A stretch of DNA of 64,000 nucleotides from contig CBDCGL010000011.1 in assembly GCA_965216755.1 (NCBI GenBank), forward strand, positions 704,001 to 768,000, in the 5' to 3' direction. Each line of letters begins with the position of its first letter. The stretch's first letter is position 1. The notes under the pieces were generated by a model that searched no databases, was not told the DNA's origin, and was given only the letters and a program-made list of their open reading frames with translations. Shown piece after piece: positions 18,835-27,410 of this stretch. Source of the DNA: Alphaproteobacteria bacterium (GTDB lineage Bacteria > Pseudomonadota > Alphaproteobacteria > UBA7887). Position numbers and translations under genes: made by a program.

Positions 18835-21800
18835 GTGAATCGGCCCGCGCCCTTTTGGCGAGTCGCCAATTGGGCAACGGCGATTCTGATTCTGTTGAAC
18901 GCTCTTCCGCAGTTGGTCATGCCGGCTGACAGCGCTTTGGCGGCGTTGTCACCGCAACGGCCAGACGACGAGAGCTTGCTCATATTTGAGATCCATCTGC
19001 GGCCGTATTTGTTGAGCGACGGCGTGTTCGCCTATCCGGCAGCGGACGACGTCCTGTTGCCACTCGAGACGCTGTCGTTCTTGTTCGAGTTCCCAATTAC
19101 CATCGACCTGGCGAAGGGACGCGCTGAAGGCTGGTTCCTCAGCGAGGATCGAACGTTCTTGCTCGACCTCGTGGCAGAACAGGTGCTGATTGCGGGCGCG
19201 GCGGCCCGCTTCGAGCCTGATCTTGTCGCTTGGTACGACGACGATATCTACGTGGCGGCGCGATTGTTCACCGAGTGGTTTCCGATAGATCTTGTTGTGC
19301 AGGCCGCGCGCCTGGTCATCGACGTGGAACCCAGAACGCCACTTCCGTTGCAGGAACGTATGGGGCGCGAACAGCGCGCCGCACGTTTGGCCTCGGCCTC
19401 CGAAGCGCCAAAACTACCACGCCGCGAAACGCCATACCGCGCCCTCGATTGGCCTTATATCGATGCCTCCTTGCGGACCGGCTACGATACGGTGCGCGCC
19501 GACACGGGCTGGGGCTTCGAAGGCAGTTATGGGTTTCGTTTAGCCGGTGATCTCGCCTACATGACGGCGGACAGTTTCTTTGGCGGCAATCAAGATGATC
19601 GCCTGTCCCAGGCGCGGTTGACCCTGGGGCGCCGTGATCCTGACGCAGATCTTCTTGGTCCTGTCGGCGCAACACAATTCAGTCTCGCCGACGTGTTCAC
19701 GCCCCAGCATCCATTGATCGCGCGTCAAACCGAAGGGCGCGGGGTGAGCGTGTCGAATATGCCGCTGACCCGCGCAAGCGAATTCGACCGCACGACGTTG
19801 CGCGGCCCGCTTTTGCCAGGCTGGGAAGTTGAGCTCTACAGAAATGACGCGTTGATCGCGTTTCAGCGGGCCGGCGACGATGGCCGCTATGAGTTCCAAG
19901 ACGTGCCGCTTATCTTCGGCAACAATCGATTGACTCTCAGATTCTATGGGCCCCAAGGCCAACGCCGCGAAGAAACGGAATCACTGGTTATCGGTGCGGA
20001 CATGGTGCCGCGTGGAGATCACCGTTACGCGGTTGCCGTCAATCAGCAAGACGAAGCCACACTGCCGTTTGGCGATGAACCACGTCGTGCCGGGCAACCA
20101 GACGCGAGCCGAGGTCAGGCGCGCGCGGTCGCCATTTATGAAGCCGGCGTTCACGAGCGCGCGTCCGTCGGCGCCGCAGTGGCGAGTTACGTTCTTGACG
20201 ATGGCCGGCATACCTACCTGACAACAGGTGTTCGCGGGACGGTTTTTGGCAGTTTCGTTCGCGCCGACATTGCGCGAGATTCAAAGGGTGGTACAGCCGC
20301 GCAGCTGGCTATGCAAACGAGAATTGCCAATCAAAGCCTCGCCGCCGAGCATGCCCAGTTCTTCGATTTCATAAGTGAGCGTGAGACGCAAACCGGCGAC
20401 CTCTTGCGCAGTGAAAGTGCCCTGCGCCTGAACGGGACTTTGCCGCGGTTTGGCGGATGGCAAATTCCGTATGCCTTGCGTCTTGGTGTCGAGCGTCGCG
20501 AGTCGGGGCTCACAGAGTTCGACGTGTCAAACCGCCTGTCCGTTCATATCCGCGCGTTGTCGTCGTCAAACCAACTGAATGCCCGCGCCAGGCGCGGTGG
20601 CGGTGTGGCGAGCACCGAAACCCTCGATGGCTCATGGTTAATCAGCTATCGCATGAAAAGTGTATCGATGCGCGGCGAACTCAGTTATCGCGTGCATCCG
20701 TCGCCGGATTTTTTGTCGGTCGCATTGACCGGTGACTATCGGATCGAGCCGGATATCACGGCACGGGCCGGCATCACGCGACAATTGTCGAACGACCGCC
20801 ACACGACTATTACCGCGGGACTGTCTCAGAGATTCGAACATGTGGCGATGGGTCTCGACGGGCGTGTGGCCGACGATGGTGATAAGTTTGTCGGGCTATC
20901 GCTGTCCTTCGCCATGGGGCGCGAACCACGGGGCGGCGGCTTAACCATGCAGCCACGCCATTTCGCCGAGAATGGCGGTGTTTCGGCGCGCGTTTTCCTG
21001 GATCGGGATTTGGATGGGCGTTTCAGCCCTGGCGACGAACCGCTGGAAGGCGTCGCCCTTAAGGGCACCGCAAATGATACGCCGACCACAGACTCCAATG
21101 GCATTCTGATGTTGGTCGGATTGCCAGACGCGCGTCCCACCGATGTGGCCGTCGATATGACCACCTTGGAAGATCCGTATCTGATTCCGCTTGACGACGG
21201 CTGGGAAATCGTGCCGCGCGCGGGCCGCACGGCGGTATTGGATTTCGCCGTCGTCCCAACCGGAGAGATCGACGGTTTTGTCTATTTGCGTTCAAACCAC
21301 AATGCGCAGGTTGCATCGAATGTGAGTTTGGATCTGCTCGACATGAATGGGGCCATCGTCGCCAATACCAGATCTGCTTTCGACGGTTTTTATCTGTTTG
21401 AGTTTGTAAAGCCCGGTTCATATGAAATTCGCGTGGCGCCGGGGCAATTGGATCGCCTCGGTCTGCTTCCGGCACCCGATAAAACCGTCACGATCGGGCC
21501 GGATGGCGATGTAATCAGCGGCGTCGACATATTTCTCGAGCGGGAATTTGAAGACACACGCGAAGCGTCGCTGGCTCCAGCGGGCCAGGCCGCCGATGTC
21601 AAGCCACCATCTACGTCGGAGATCGTCAGTGCTGCGGATCGGGCCGTGCCCGTGGGGACCGACACCTATGTACAATTGGCGGCCTACAGCAATGCACGCG
21701 GCGCCATGGAGGCGTGGCATCGTGTTGTCACTTCGGCTCCCGAGATGTTCAACGGCCTGAGTCCACGCATAGAACCCGCGGAATCGGTAGTTGCAACGGA

Positions 21801-21918
21801 CACACTTTATCGGCTGAGAACCGGTCCTCTGGCTGATCGCGCTGCGGCCGACAATTTCTGCCGGCAATTGCGGATCATCGGTCAGGATTGTTTTCCGGTC
21901 GTTCAGGTCGGCCGCTAA
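18835..21918 (+). CDS. Outer-membrane usher-like protein with C-terminal SPOR domain
   Basis: Directly follows the chaperone. Plug-like GWEVELYRND...YEFQDVPL..GNN....FYGPQG segment, amphipathic beta-strands, VFLDRDLDG and DGFYLFEFVKPGSY Ig-like domains, then YVQLAAY...LYRLRTGPL...FCRQL...DCFPV (SPOR). Confidence 0.8.
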   Translation: MNRPAPFWRVANWATAILILLNALPQLVMPADSALAALSPQRPDDESLLIFEIHLRPYLLSDGVFAYPAADDVLLPLETLSFLFEFPITIDLAKGRAEGWFLSEDRTFLLDLVAEQVLIAGAAARFEPDLVAWYDDDIYVAARLFTEWFPIDLVVQAARLVIDVEPRTPLPLQERMGREQRAARLASASEAPKLPRRETPYRALDWPYIDASLRTGYDTVRADTGWGFEGSYGFRLAGDLAYMTADSFFGGNQDDRLSQARLTLGRRDPDADLLGPVGATQFSLADVFTPQHPLIARQTEGRGVSVSNMPLTRASEFDRTTLRGPLLPGWEVELYRNDALIAFQRAGDDGRYEFQDVPLIFGNNRLTLRFYGPQGQRREETESLVIGADMVPRGDHRYAVAVNQQDEATLPFGDEPRRAGQPDASRGQARAVAIYEAGVHERASVGAAVASYVLDDGRHTYLTTGVRGTVFGSFVRADIARDSKGGTAAQLAMQTRIANQSLAAEHAQFFDFISERETQTGDLLRSESALRLNGTLPRFGGWQIPYALRLGVERRESGLTEFDVSNRLSVHIRALSSSNQLNARARRGGGVASTETLDGSWLISYRMKSVSMRGELSYRVHPSPDFLSVALTGDYRIEPDITARAGITRQLSNDRHTTITAGLSQRFEHVAMGLDGRVADDGDKFVGLSLSFAMGREPRGGGLTMQPRHFAENGGVSARVFLDRDLDGRFSPGDEPLEGVALKGTANDTPTTDSNGILMLVGLPDARPTDVAVDMTTLEDPYLIPLDDGWEIVPRAGRTAVLDFAVVPTGEIDGFVYLRSNHNAQVASNVSLDLLDMNGAIVANTRSAFDGFYLFEFVKPGSYEIRVAPGQLDRLGLLPAPDKTVTIGPDGDVISGVDIFLEREFEDTREASLAPAGQAADVKPPSTSEIVSAADRAVPVGTDTYVQLAAYSNARGAMEAWHRVVTSAPEMFNGLSPRIEPAESVVATDTLYRLRTGPLADRAAADNFCRQLRIIGQDCFPVVQVGR

Positions 21919-21940
21919 TGTGCCCATCTGGGTGCGACTA

Positions 21941-22474
21941 TCATTCGTACCCCACCGTCACCTGAAACGTCCCGGTATAGCTACCCGGCATTTGACCGGC
22001 CGTCGTGTTGATCACCGCACCGACCGTAAACGAATCCGTGCCGCCGGAGATGACGCCAAATGCGCCGCCCTTGCTGTCTTCAAAACCATTAACAATCATT
22101 GTCGCGCTCGCATTGGTCGTGTTCTCGACCGAAGCATTGATCGGAAGTTCTATGGAATAGGAACGATCACCGCCAATCACGACAAATGCAGCCGCGCTGA
22201 CGCTGCCACCAAGATGCTGGACGCCGCCAGACGAGTTCGGCGTCCCCGTCGAAGCCAAGATCTTGACTTGGCCAACGCCTGTGACGAAAAAATCCCCGAA
22301 CTGAAGCGGTCCTGTGTTCTGCAAGGTTATGGGTGCCAATATGGTGGCGGAGACATTCGTGGTTACGTCAGCCGCGTCGGCATGCGCGCCGACTAGGCCA
22401 CCACTCAGGATTGCAACAATGGTAACCTCAGCAACTGTGCGATATTTCATGCAAAACGCCATGTGGCAACGCAT
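21941..22474 (-). CDS. DUF4402-like secreted pilin-type subunit 5 (opposite strand)
   Basis: Signal peptide; TTNVSATILAPITL, LQFGD, VGAVIN...QMPGSYTGTFQVTVGYE. Start may be ATG 22450. Confidence 0.85.
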   Translation of the reverse strand: MRCHMAFCMKYRTVAEVTIVAILSGGLVGAHADAADVTTNVSATILAPITLQNTGPLQFGDFFVTGVGQVKILASTGTPNSSGGVQHLGGSVSAAAFVVIGGDRSYSIELPINASVENTTNASATMIVNGFEDSKGGAFGVISGGTDSFTVGAVINTTAGQMPGSYTGTFQVTVGYE

Positions 22475-22680
22475 ATAGGCCCAGGTTCGTCGAATAGCTG
22501 TTAAGCGAGAAATGGTCTGTTTATGGTCAATTGTTCAGTACCCCTTGGATATCGATAATGGACTGAGACTCGACTTGATAATTACGGTGTTACGGTGACA
22601 GTTTACTGCATACACCACAATTTGCGTGTCTATGTTTTGCGCAACAAAATTTTATATATTTACCAAAATGTCACCGCAAT

Positions 22681-22975
22681 TGGCGAAACGCCGGAGTCAG
22701 GACACGAGCCGAATATTTGGATCTCGTGTGGTTCACGGATCGGACGTTCGCTCTGGTGCTCGATGCAAGATCAAGCGAACGTCCGATCCACCGCACGCGC
22801 GCATCGGGCAAGTCGGCCGACCAATGTGGTCGTCCACATGGATTCCCATTGGGGGACGCCTGCGGGTCGCAAACCCGCAGGGCCGGGCGATTTTGTGACA
22901 ATCGCGACGACGCTGTCCGTAGCCGTATGCCCGATACGGCCTGCGGACATCGACTTGATCTTGTCACAAAGTCGC
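22681..22975 (+). ncRNA. Candidate structured non-coding RNA (family not recognised)
   Basis: At least five consecutive stems including a perfect 16-bp stem (22737-22752/22774-22789) and an 88-nt hairpin (22888-22975); 10-bp pseudoknot pairing; the four non-canonical pairs noted are G-U on the + strand; AT-rich tract just upstream. Confidence 0.45.
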
Positions 22976-23116
22976 TCCGACAGAATGGTTCAATATGGTC
23001 GGAAAGTGCTCTAGATCAACCTGCGATCAAACGGAATCGTTTGATCGAAGATAAGTTGACCGATATCAAATAGATAAAGCCTCACACGTGAACGCATGTG
23101 AGCGTGAAAGGCTTTA
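22976..23116. repeat. Short palindromic intergenic repeat, CIR/RIME/Bru-RS-like architecture
   Basis: CTAG at 23011; hairpin CGATCAAACG-gaat-CGTTTGATCG; A-rich spacer; hairpin bounded by TAAAGCCT...AGGCTTTA that supplies the soxA stop; a further half-unit TCCGAC...GTCGGAAAGTGCTCTAG at 22976-23014. Confidence 0.55.
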
Positions 23117-23911
23117 GCGGCGCACCGCCGGCGCCTCGATCGGTAAGCCCGTTGCACGCCAAGCCAGAAACAGTTCAAGATTGACATAATCCGGCGCGCC
23201 AAAGGGGAGGGGTTCGGCGCGGACCCCAGCGTTGCAGAAGCGTAGCCGGCGATGGAGCGAGCCGACGGTCTGCCATTCCAGGCGATAGGACGGGTAGCCG
23301 TTGCCATGACCTTGGCTCAGTCGATCGCCGCGTAGCATCTTATCCCAGTTGTCGTCGTGACAGTGGCTGCATGCCAAATTCAATTGGCCCCGCCGCTGAT
23401 AAAAATAGGTCCGTCCGGCCTCGAAATAGGGTCGAGCCGCGCCATTCACGCCAACATGTATTGGTATCCCATTTGATAGGTACGCAACAAAAGACGTCAG
23501 TTCGAGAAGGTCTTGGGATTCGTAAGGCAGCAATGTTGCTTGCTGGTAACGCTGACGGCAAAGGTTAATGCGCTGCTCTAAATTAACCAGATGTTGTTCT
23601 TGGTCATCGTAGATCGGGTAACGGGCGGCGACACCAGCCAAATCGTCGCCGCCGGTCCCGTGACAATCAGCGCAGGCGATTGCCGCCGATCCTTCGGCGC
23701 GGCGCCACAGATCTTCACCGGCATCAACCCAAAGGAATCCTGGATTGGCGAACGGGTCGTCCTGGAGCGCGCGCGTGTCTGGAGACTGAAACGCATAGCC
23801 GGATTGGAGCGAACCTGGTGAGAGTGGGCGATCGTCCGAGGCGAGGTCGGAAACGCGGATAAAAAGCATCGCGGCGACAACAACAAACGCTGTTATGCGC
23901 GCGGCACTCAT
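23114..23911 (-). CDS. soxA: SoxA-type diheme cytochrome c
   Basis: LQDDPFANPGFLWV, CADCH, LEQRINLC, RRGQLNLACSHCH, YPSYRLEWQ, RLRFC...VRAEP, LELFLAWR. Confidence 0.92.
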   Translation of the reverse strand: MSAARITAFVVVAAMLFIRVSDLASDDRPLSPGSLQSGYAFQSPDTRALQDDPFANPGFLWVDAGEDLWRRAEGSAAIACADCHGTGGDDLAGVAARYPIYDDQEQHLVNLEQRINLCRQRYQQATLLPYESQDLLELTSFVAYLSNGIPIHVGVNGAARPYFEAGRTYFYQRRGQLNLACSHCHDDNWDKMLRGDRLSQGHGNGYPSYRLEWQTVGSLHRRLRFCNAGVRAEPLPFGAPDYVNLELFLAWRATGLPIEAPAVRR

Positions 23912-24228
23912 GCGACCGTGATACGGGCCGTCTCGCGAAAAGTGACACCCTCTTGGTCAGTCCACAGAAATTCCATCGCCCCACTCTCGACCGCGGTCGT
24001 GAAAAACGACAGGAGCGGGTTGGCGGCCACCGCCGGGCGAAACTCCGCCCTGAAAACTTCCATGCCGTTATAAAGGCAGACAAAATCCGTCAGGATGTTG
24101 CGCGGTATCGCCTTGCCGACGGAATCCCGTCGAAAACCTGTTTCCATGGGATGGGCGATCAAGGTCTTGATTTCGATGACCTCGCCAACCTTTGCAGTCT
24201 CTGGAACGGCGATGCGAACCTTGGCCAT
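23908..24228 (-). CDS. soxZ: SoxZ sulfur-carrier subunit
   Basis: IKTLIAHPMETGFRRD..GKAIP, AANPLLSF, WTDQEG. Confidence 0.92.
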   Translation of the reverse strand: MAKVRIAVPETAKVGEVIEIKTLIAHPMETGFRRDSVGKAIPRNILTDFVCLYNGMEVFRAEFRPAVAANPLLSFFTTAVESGAMEFLWTDQEGVTFRETARITVA

Positions 24229-24238
24229 GTCCCGCGCC

Positions 24239-24703
24239 CTAGATCAAATCAACGCAGGCCGCGAGGGTCACGATGGTCTTCGCGGAACCCGACCAGAGAG
24301 TCCCATCGCTCATGGCGGCGACAGCGACAATGGACTGAGAATCCGCGAGCCTTATGCGCGTAGTCACCCGCGCTCTGCCGGATCGTGCATTGAGGTAGTA
24401 TCGTGCAACGTCCGGCAACGGGTTTTCTTCGGAGAACACATGGATCGCGCGCACATGGTCTTCTTCGGTCATGGCACATTCGACCTCCACCGACAGCGAG
24501 ACCGAGTTACCATTTTCCGTGATCTCGGGCAGCGTGACGGTAACTTTGCCGTCTCGAATAGGATTGTCGCCAAAAGCGACGCGAATGGCTTCGGCCATCG
24601 ATTGCGGCGTCGCCGCGGCCGGCACCGCGACAAGACTGACCGCCGCGCCGCCGGCACCAAGGACGAACGCTCTGCGTGTCTGAGCTGTATGCAGCGGTGT
24701 CAA
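24239..24703 (-). CDS. soxY: SoxY-like sulfur-carrier protein with atypical C-terminus
   Basis: Tat signal TRRAFV; PEITENGNSV, EENPLP, TRIRLADSQ; ends VTLAACVDLI instead of VTIGGCGG. Confidence 0.85.
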   Translation of the reverse strand: MTPLHTAQTRRAFVLGAGGAAVSLVAVPAAATPQSMAEAIRVAFGDNPIRDGKVTVTLPEITENGNSVSLSVEVECAMTEEDHVRAIHVFSEENPLPDVARYYLNARSGRARVTTRIRLADSQSIVAVAAMSDGTLWSGSAKTIVTLAACVDLI

Positions 24704-25185
24704 CGGCTTGAATCCGTGGTTCGTAATGTCTCCAAATAGGCGACCACGTCCTCAATCTCTTGTGCGCTGAGAACGGTCTTGCCGACAAAGGCGCGGCTGA
24801 CCTGGCGCAGGCCTTCAACACGGAAATAGGTTGGCATGACCGTATTGGCATTCAACCGAGTCGAATCGACCAGCCGAAGTCGAAACTGCGCCGCGTTCAA
24901 GCGATCCGCCACCATCGACAAGTCGGGGCCCAAATTGCCCTGAAAAGGCTCATCGATCGATTCCACCACGTGACACAAGAGACAATGTCCGCGATCGCGA
25001 TCAAGGAAAACGATGCGTCCGTTGCGGGCATCACCGATGCGGTCCGTGAGCGCTTCCGGGATACCATCGTCAACAACCTCGTATTCGGGCGGCACGGGCA
25101 TGGCTGTGTCGGCATCTGCAATGGCGGTTGTGATGATCGACGCCACGGCGCCGACTATCCACGCGGCCAAATTGATTGCGGGCAT
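24700..25185 (-). CDS. soxX: SoxX-type monoheme cytochrome c
   Basis: GDARNGR..F.DRDRGHCLLCH, GNLGPDL, TVMPTY, LSAQEIEDVVAYL. Confidence 0.9.
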   Translation of the reverse strand: MPAINLAAWIVGAVASIITTAIADADTAMPVPPEYEVVDDGIPEALTDRIGDARNGRIVFLDRDRGHCLLCHVVESIDEPFQGNLGPDLSMVADRLNAAQFRLRLVDSTRLNANTVMPTYFRVEGLRQVSRAFVGKTVLSAQEIEDVVAYLETLRTTDSSR

Positions 25186-25211
25186 GTACCGCGCCTCACC
25201 GACATGTCGCT

Positions 25212-27410
25212 CTAGGCGGCACTCAGATCCACATCCATCAATGGGAACTGTCGAATGCGCTTGCCCGTGGCAGCGAAAATCGCGTTGAGCACGGCCGGGG
25301 CCGCGACGGCTATCGTCGGTTCACCGACTCCGCCCCAAAAACCGCCGGATGGCATCACGATGGCCTCGACGTCAGGCATTTCCGCAATGCGCATCGACTG
25401 GTACGTGTCGAAATTCTCTTGTTCGATGCGTCCACCCTTAACGGTGCAGCCGCCGTAAAACAGAGCGGATAATCCATAGACGAAGGAGCCTTCTATCTGG
25501 GCCTCGATCTGCTGCGGATTGACCGCGTGGCCGGGATCTGTCGCGGCAACAATGCGGTGCACCTTGAGCGTGCCTTCCGCGTCAATGGAGATCTCCGCGC
25601 ACGCCGCAAGATAGCTCGCGAATGTATTGCAGGCGGCAAGGCCGCGATACACACCCTCCGGCGTCGGTGTGTCCCATCCCACGCGTTCGGCCACCGCGTT
25701 CAACACCGCAAGCGCCTGGGGGTGGTTTGCCATCAACTTTTGGCGAAACGCGAGTGGATCCTTACCAGCCGCGTGCGCCAACTCGTCCATGAAGCACTCA
25801 AGATAGATAGCGTTCTGGTTTATGTTGACCCCGCGCCAGAAACCCGGCGGCACATGCGGATTACGCATCGCGTGGTCCGCCAGCAAGTTGGGAATGGTAT
25901 AGACGATCGCGTGATCACCGCCGGGCAGAAGGCCCTGAAACGTGATCGGATCGGCACCGTCCTCGCGCAGCCGCGCCGGTCTGACCGCGGCCAGGATGGA
26001 CTGCCCTGAAATGCGGATATGCAGGCCGACCAGATCACCATTTTCGTCGAGACCGCCTTCCAATCGCGCTTGCGTGACCGGATGATAATGGCCGTGCAGC
26101 ATATCTTCTTCGCGCGACCACAGGAGCTTGACCGGGGTACCCGCCATTTGCTTCGCGATCAAAACGGCCTGGCGGACGAAGTCATGGAAGGCACCCCGCC
26201 TGCCAAAGCCGCCGCCCAAATGAATTTTGTAAACGTCGCATTGGCTCACCGGCAGTTCCGCTGCCTCGGCGGCCACGGCCAATGCGGCTTCGCCGTTTTG
26301 CGTCGGGCACCAGACCTGGCATTTTTCCGAAGTCCAAACCGCCGTCGCATTCATCGGTTCCATGGTGGCGTGGTTTTGGTACGGGTACCCATAGACCGCT
26401 TCGATCTTTTGCGAGGCCCCTGCAATTGCGGCCTTGGCGTCGCCGCTTTCGTTGCCGACAAAGGCTTCTTCTGCGGTCAAACCCTCCTTCAGGAATGCCG
26501 CAATCGATTCGTTTGAAACGTCGGCGTTGGGACCGTTATCCCACCGAATAGGCAACGCATCCAAAGCCGTTTTCGCGCGCCACCAAGTGTCCGCCACCAC
26601 CGCGACCGCGTTGTCGTCAACCCGGACAACCGCGTGCACGCCAGGCATGGACAAAACCGCACTATCGTCGAAAGACTCGACGGTTCCGCCAAAAACGGGG
26701 CACGCTTTGATGGCTGCGGTCAGCATGCCCGGCAATTTCAGATCGGCGCCGTAGACCTGTTTGCCGGTCAGCTTGTCGCGCGTGTCGAGCCGCTTCAGTG
26801 GTTTGCCTGCGATCTTCCAGTCCTTTGGATCCTTTAAGGCGACTTCAAGCGGCGGCGACAACGCGGCGGCGGCGGTTGCGACTTGGCCATAGGTCGTTGC
26901 CCTGCCGCTGGAGCTATGCGTAATCACACTTGCCGATGCGGTACATTCCGCGGCGGAGACGCCCCATTCGCTCGCGGCCGCTTCGATCAGCATCAGGCGC
27001 GCGGCCGCGCCGCCCTCGCGAACATATTGATGGCTTTGACGAATACCCCGACTGCCGCCGGTCGAGAAGCTCTGCCAAATGCGATCGCGCGCCAAGTTCT
27101 CGCCGGGCGTCGGATATTCAGTGGCCACCTTTGCCCAATCGCAATCGAGTTCCTCGGCCACCAGCTGCGCCAATCCGGTCAAGGTGCCCTGGCCCATCTC
27201 TGAACGCGCGATTCTGACGACGACCGTGTCATCTGGTTTGACCACCACCCACGCGTTGATTTCGGGTGTTTGGTCGCCGGCGATCGCGCCAGACTTCGTG
27301 CCAGGCAGCGAGAAACCGATCGATAGCCCGGCGCCCGTCGCGGCGGCACCGATGACAAATCCGCGGCGTGTCAGGGAGAGGGAGCGGTTCATTTTTTCGG
27401 CCTCCTTCAC
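25212..27410 (-). CDS. IorB-like (isoquinoline 1-oxidoreductase/aldehyde oxidoreductase) molybdopterin subunit
   Basis: Twin-arginine LTRRGFV, RSEMGQG, STGGSRG, HATMEPMN, GGGFGRR, GFWRGV, QIEGS, GGVGEP. Confidence 0.93.
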   Translation of the reverse strand: MKEAEKMNRSLSLTRRGFVIGAAATGAGLSIGFSLPGTKSGAIAGDQTPEINAWVVVKPDDTVVVRIARSEMGQGTLTGLAQLVAEELDCDWAKVATEYPTPGENLARDRIWQSFSTGGSRGIRQSHQYVREGGAAARLMLIEAAASEWGVSAAECTASASVITHSSSGRATTYGQVATAAAALSPPLEVALKDPKDWKIAGKPLKRLDTRDKLTGKQVYGADLKLPGMLTAAIKACPVFGGTVESFDDSAVLSMPGVHAVVRVDDNAVAVVADTWWRAKTALDALPIRWDNGPNADVSNESIAAFLKEGLTAEEAFVGNESGDAKAAIAGASQKIEAVYGYPYQNHATMEPMNATAVWTSEKCQVWCPTQNGEAALAVAAEAAELPVSQCDVYKIHLGGGFGRRGAFHDFVRQAVLIAKQMAGTPVKLLWSREEDMLHGHYHPVTQARLEGGLDENGDLVGLHIRISGQSILAAVRPARLREDGADPITFQGLLPGGDHAIVYTIPNLLADHAMRNPHVPPGFWRGVNINQNAIYLECFMDELAHAAGKDPLAFRQKLMANHPQALAVLNAVAERVGWDTPTPEGVYRGLAACNTFASYLAACAEISIDAEGTLKVHRIVAATDPGHAVNPQQIEAQIEGSFVYGLSALFYGGCTVKGGRIEQENFDTYQSMRIAEMPDVEAIVMPSGGFWGGVGEPTIAVAAPAVLNAIFAATGKRIRQFPLMDVDLSAA

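Noticed and set aside
22920-22942. Group II intron domain V (AGCCGTATGC...)
   Set aside because: The stem is too short for the ~34-nt domain V, and I saw no domain VI or reverse transcriptase ORF.
22595-23073. 139-aa and 118-aa ORFs across the structured region
   Set aside because: Atypical composition, no RBS or family motifs, and they run through an AT-rich tract and palindromic repeats.
23114-25185. Complete canonical Sox thiosulfate-oxidation operon
   Set aside because: soxB and soxCD are absent from the operon and SoxY lacks GGCGG.
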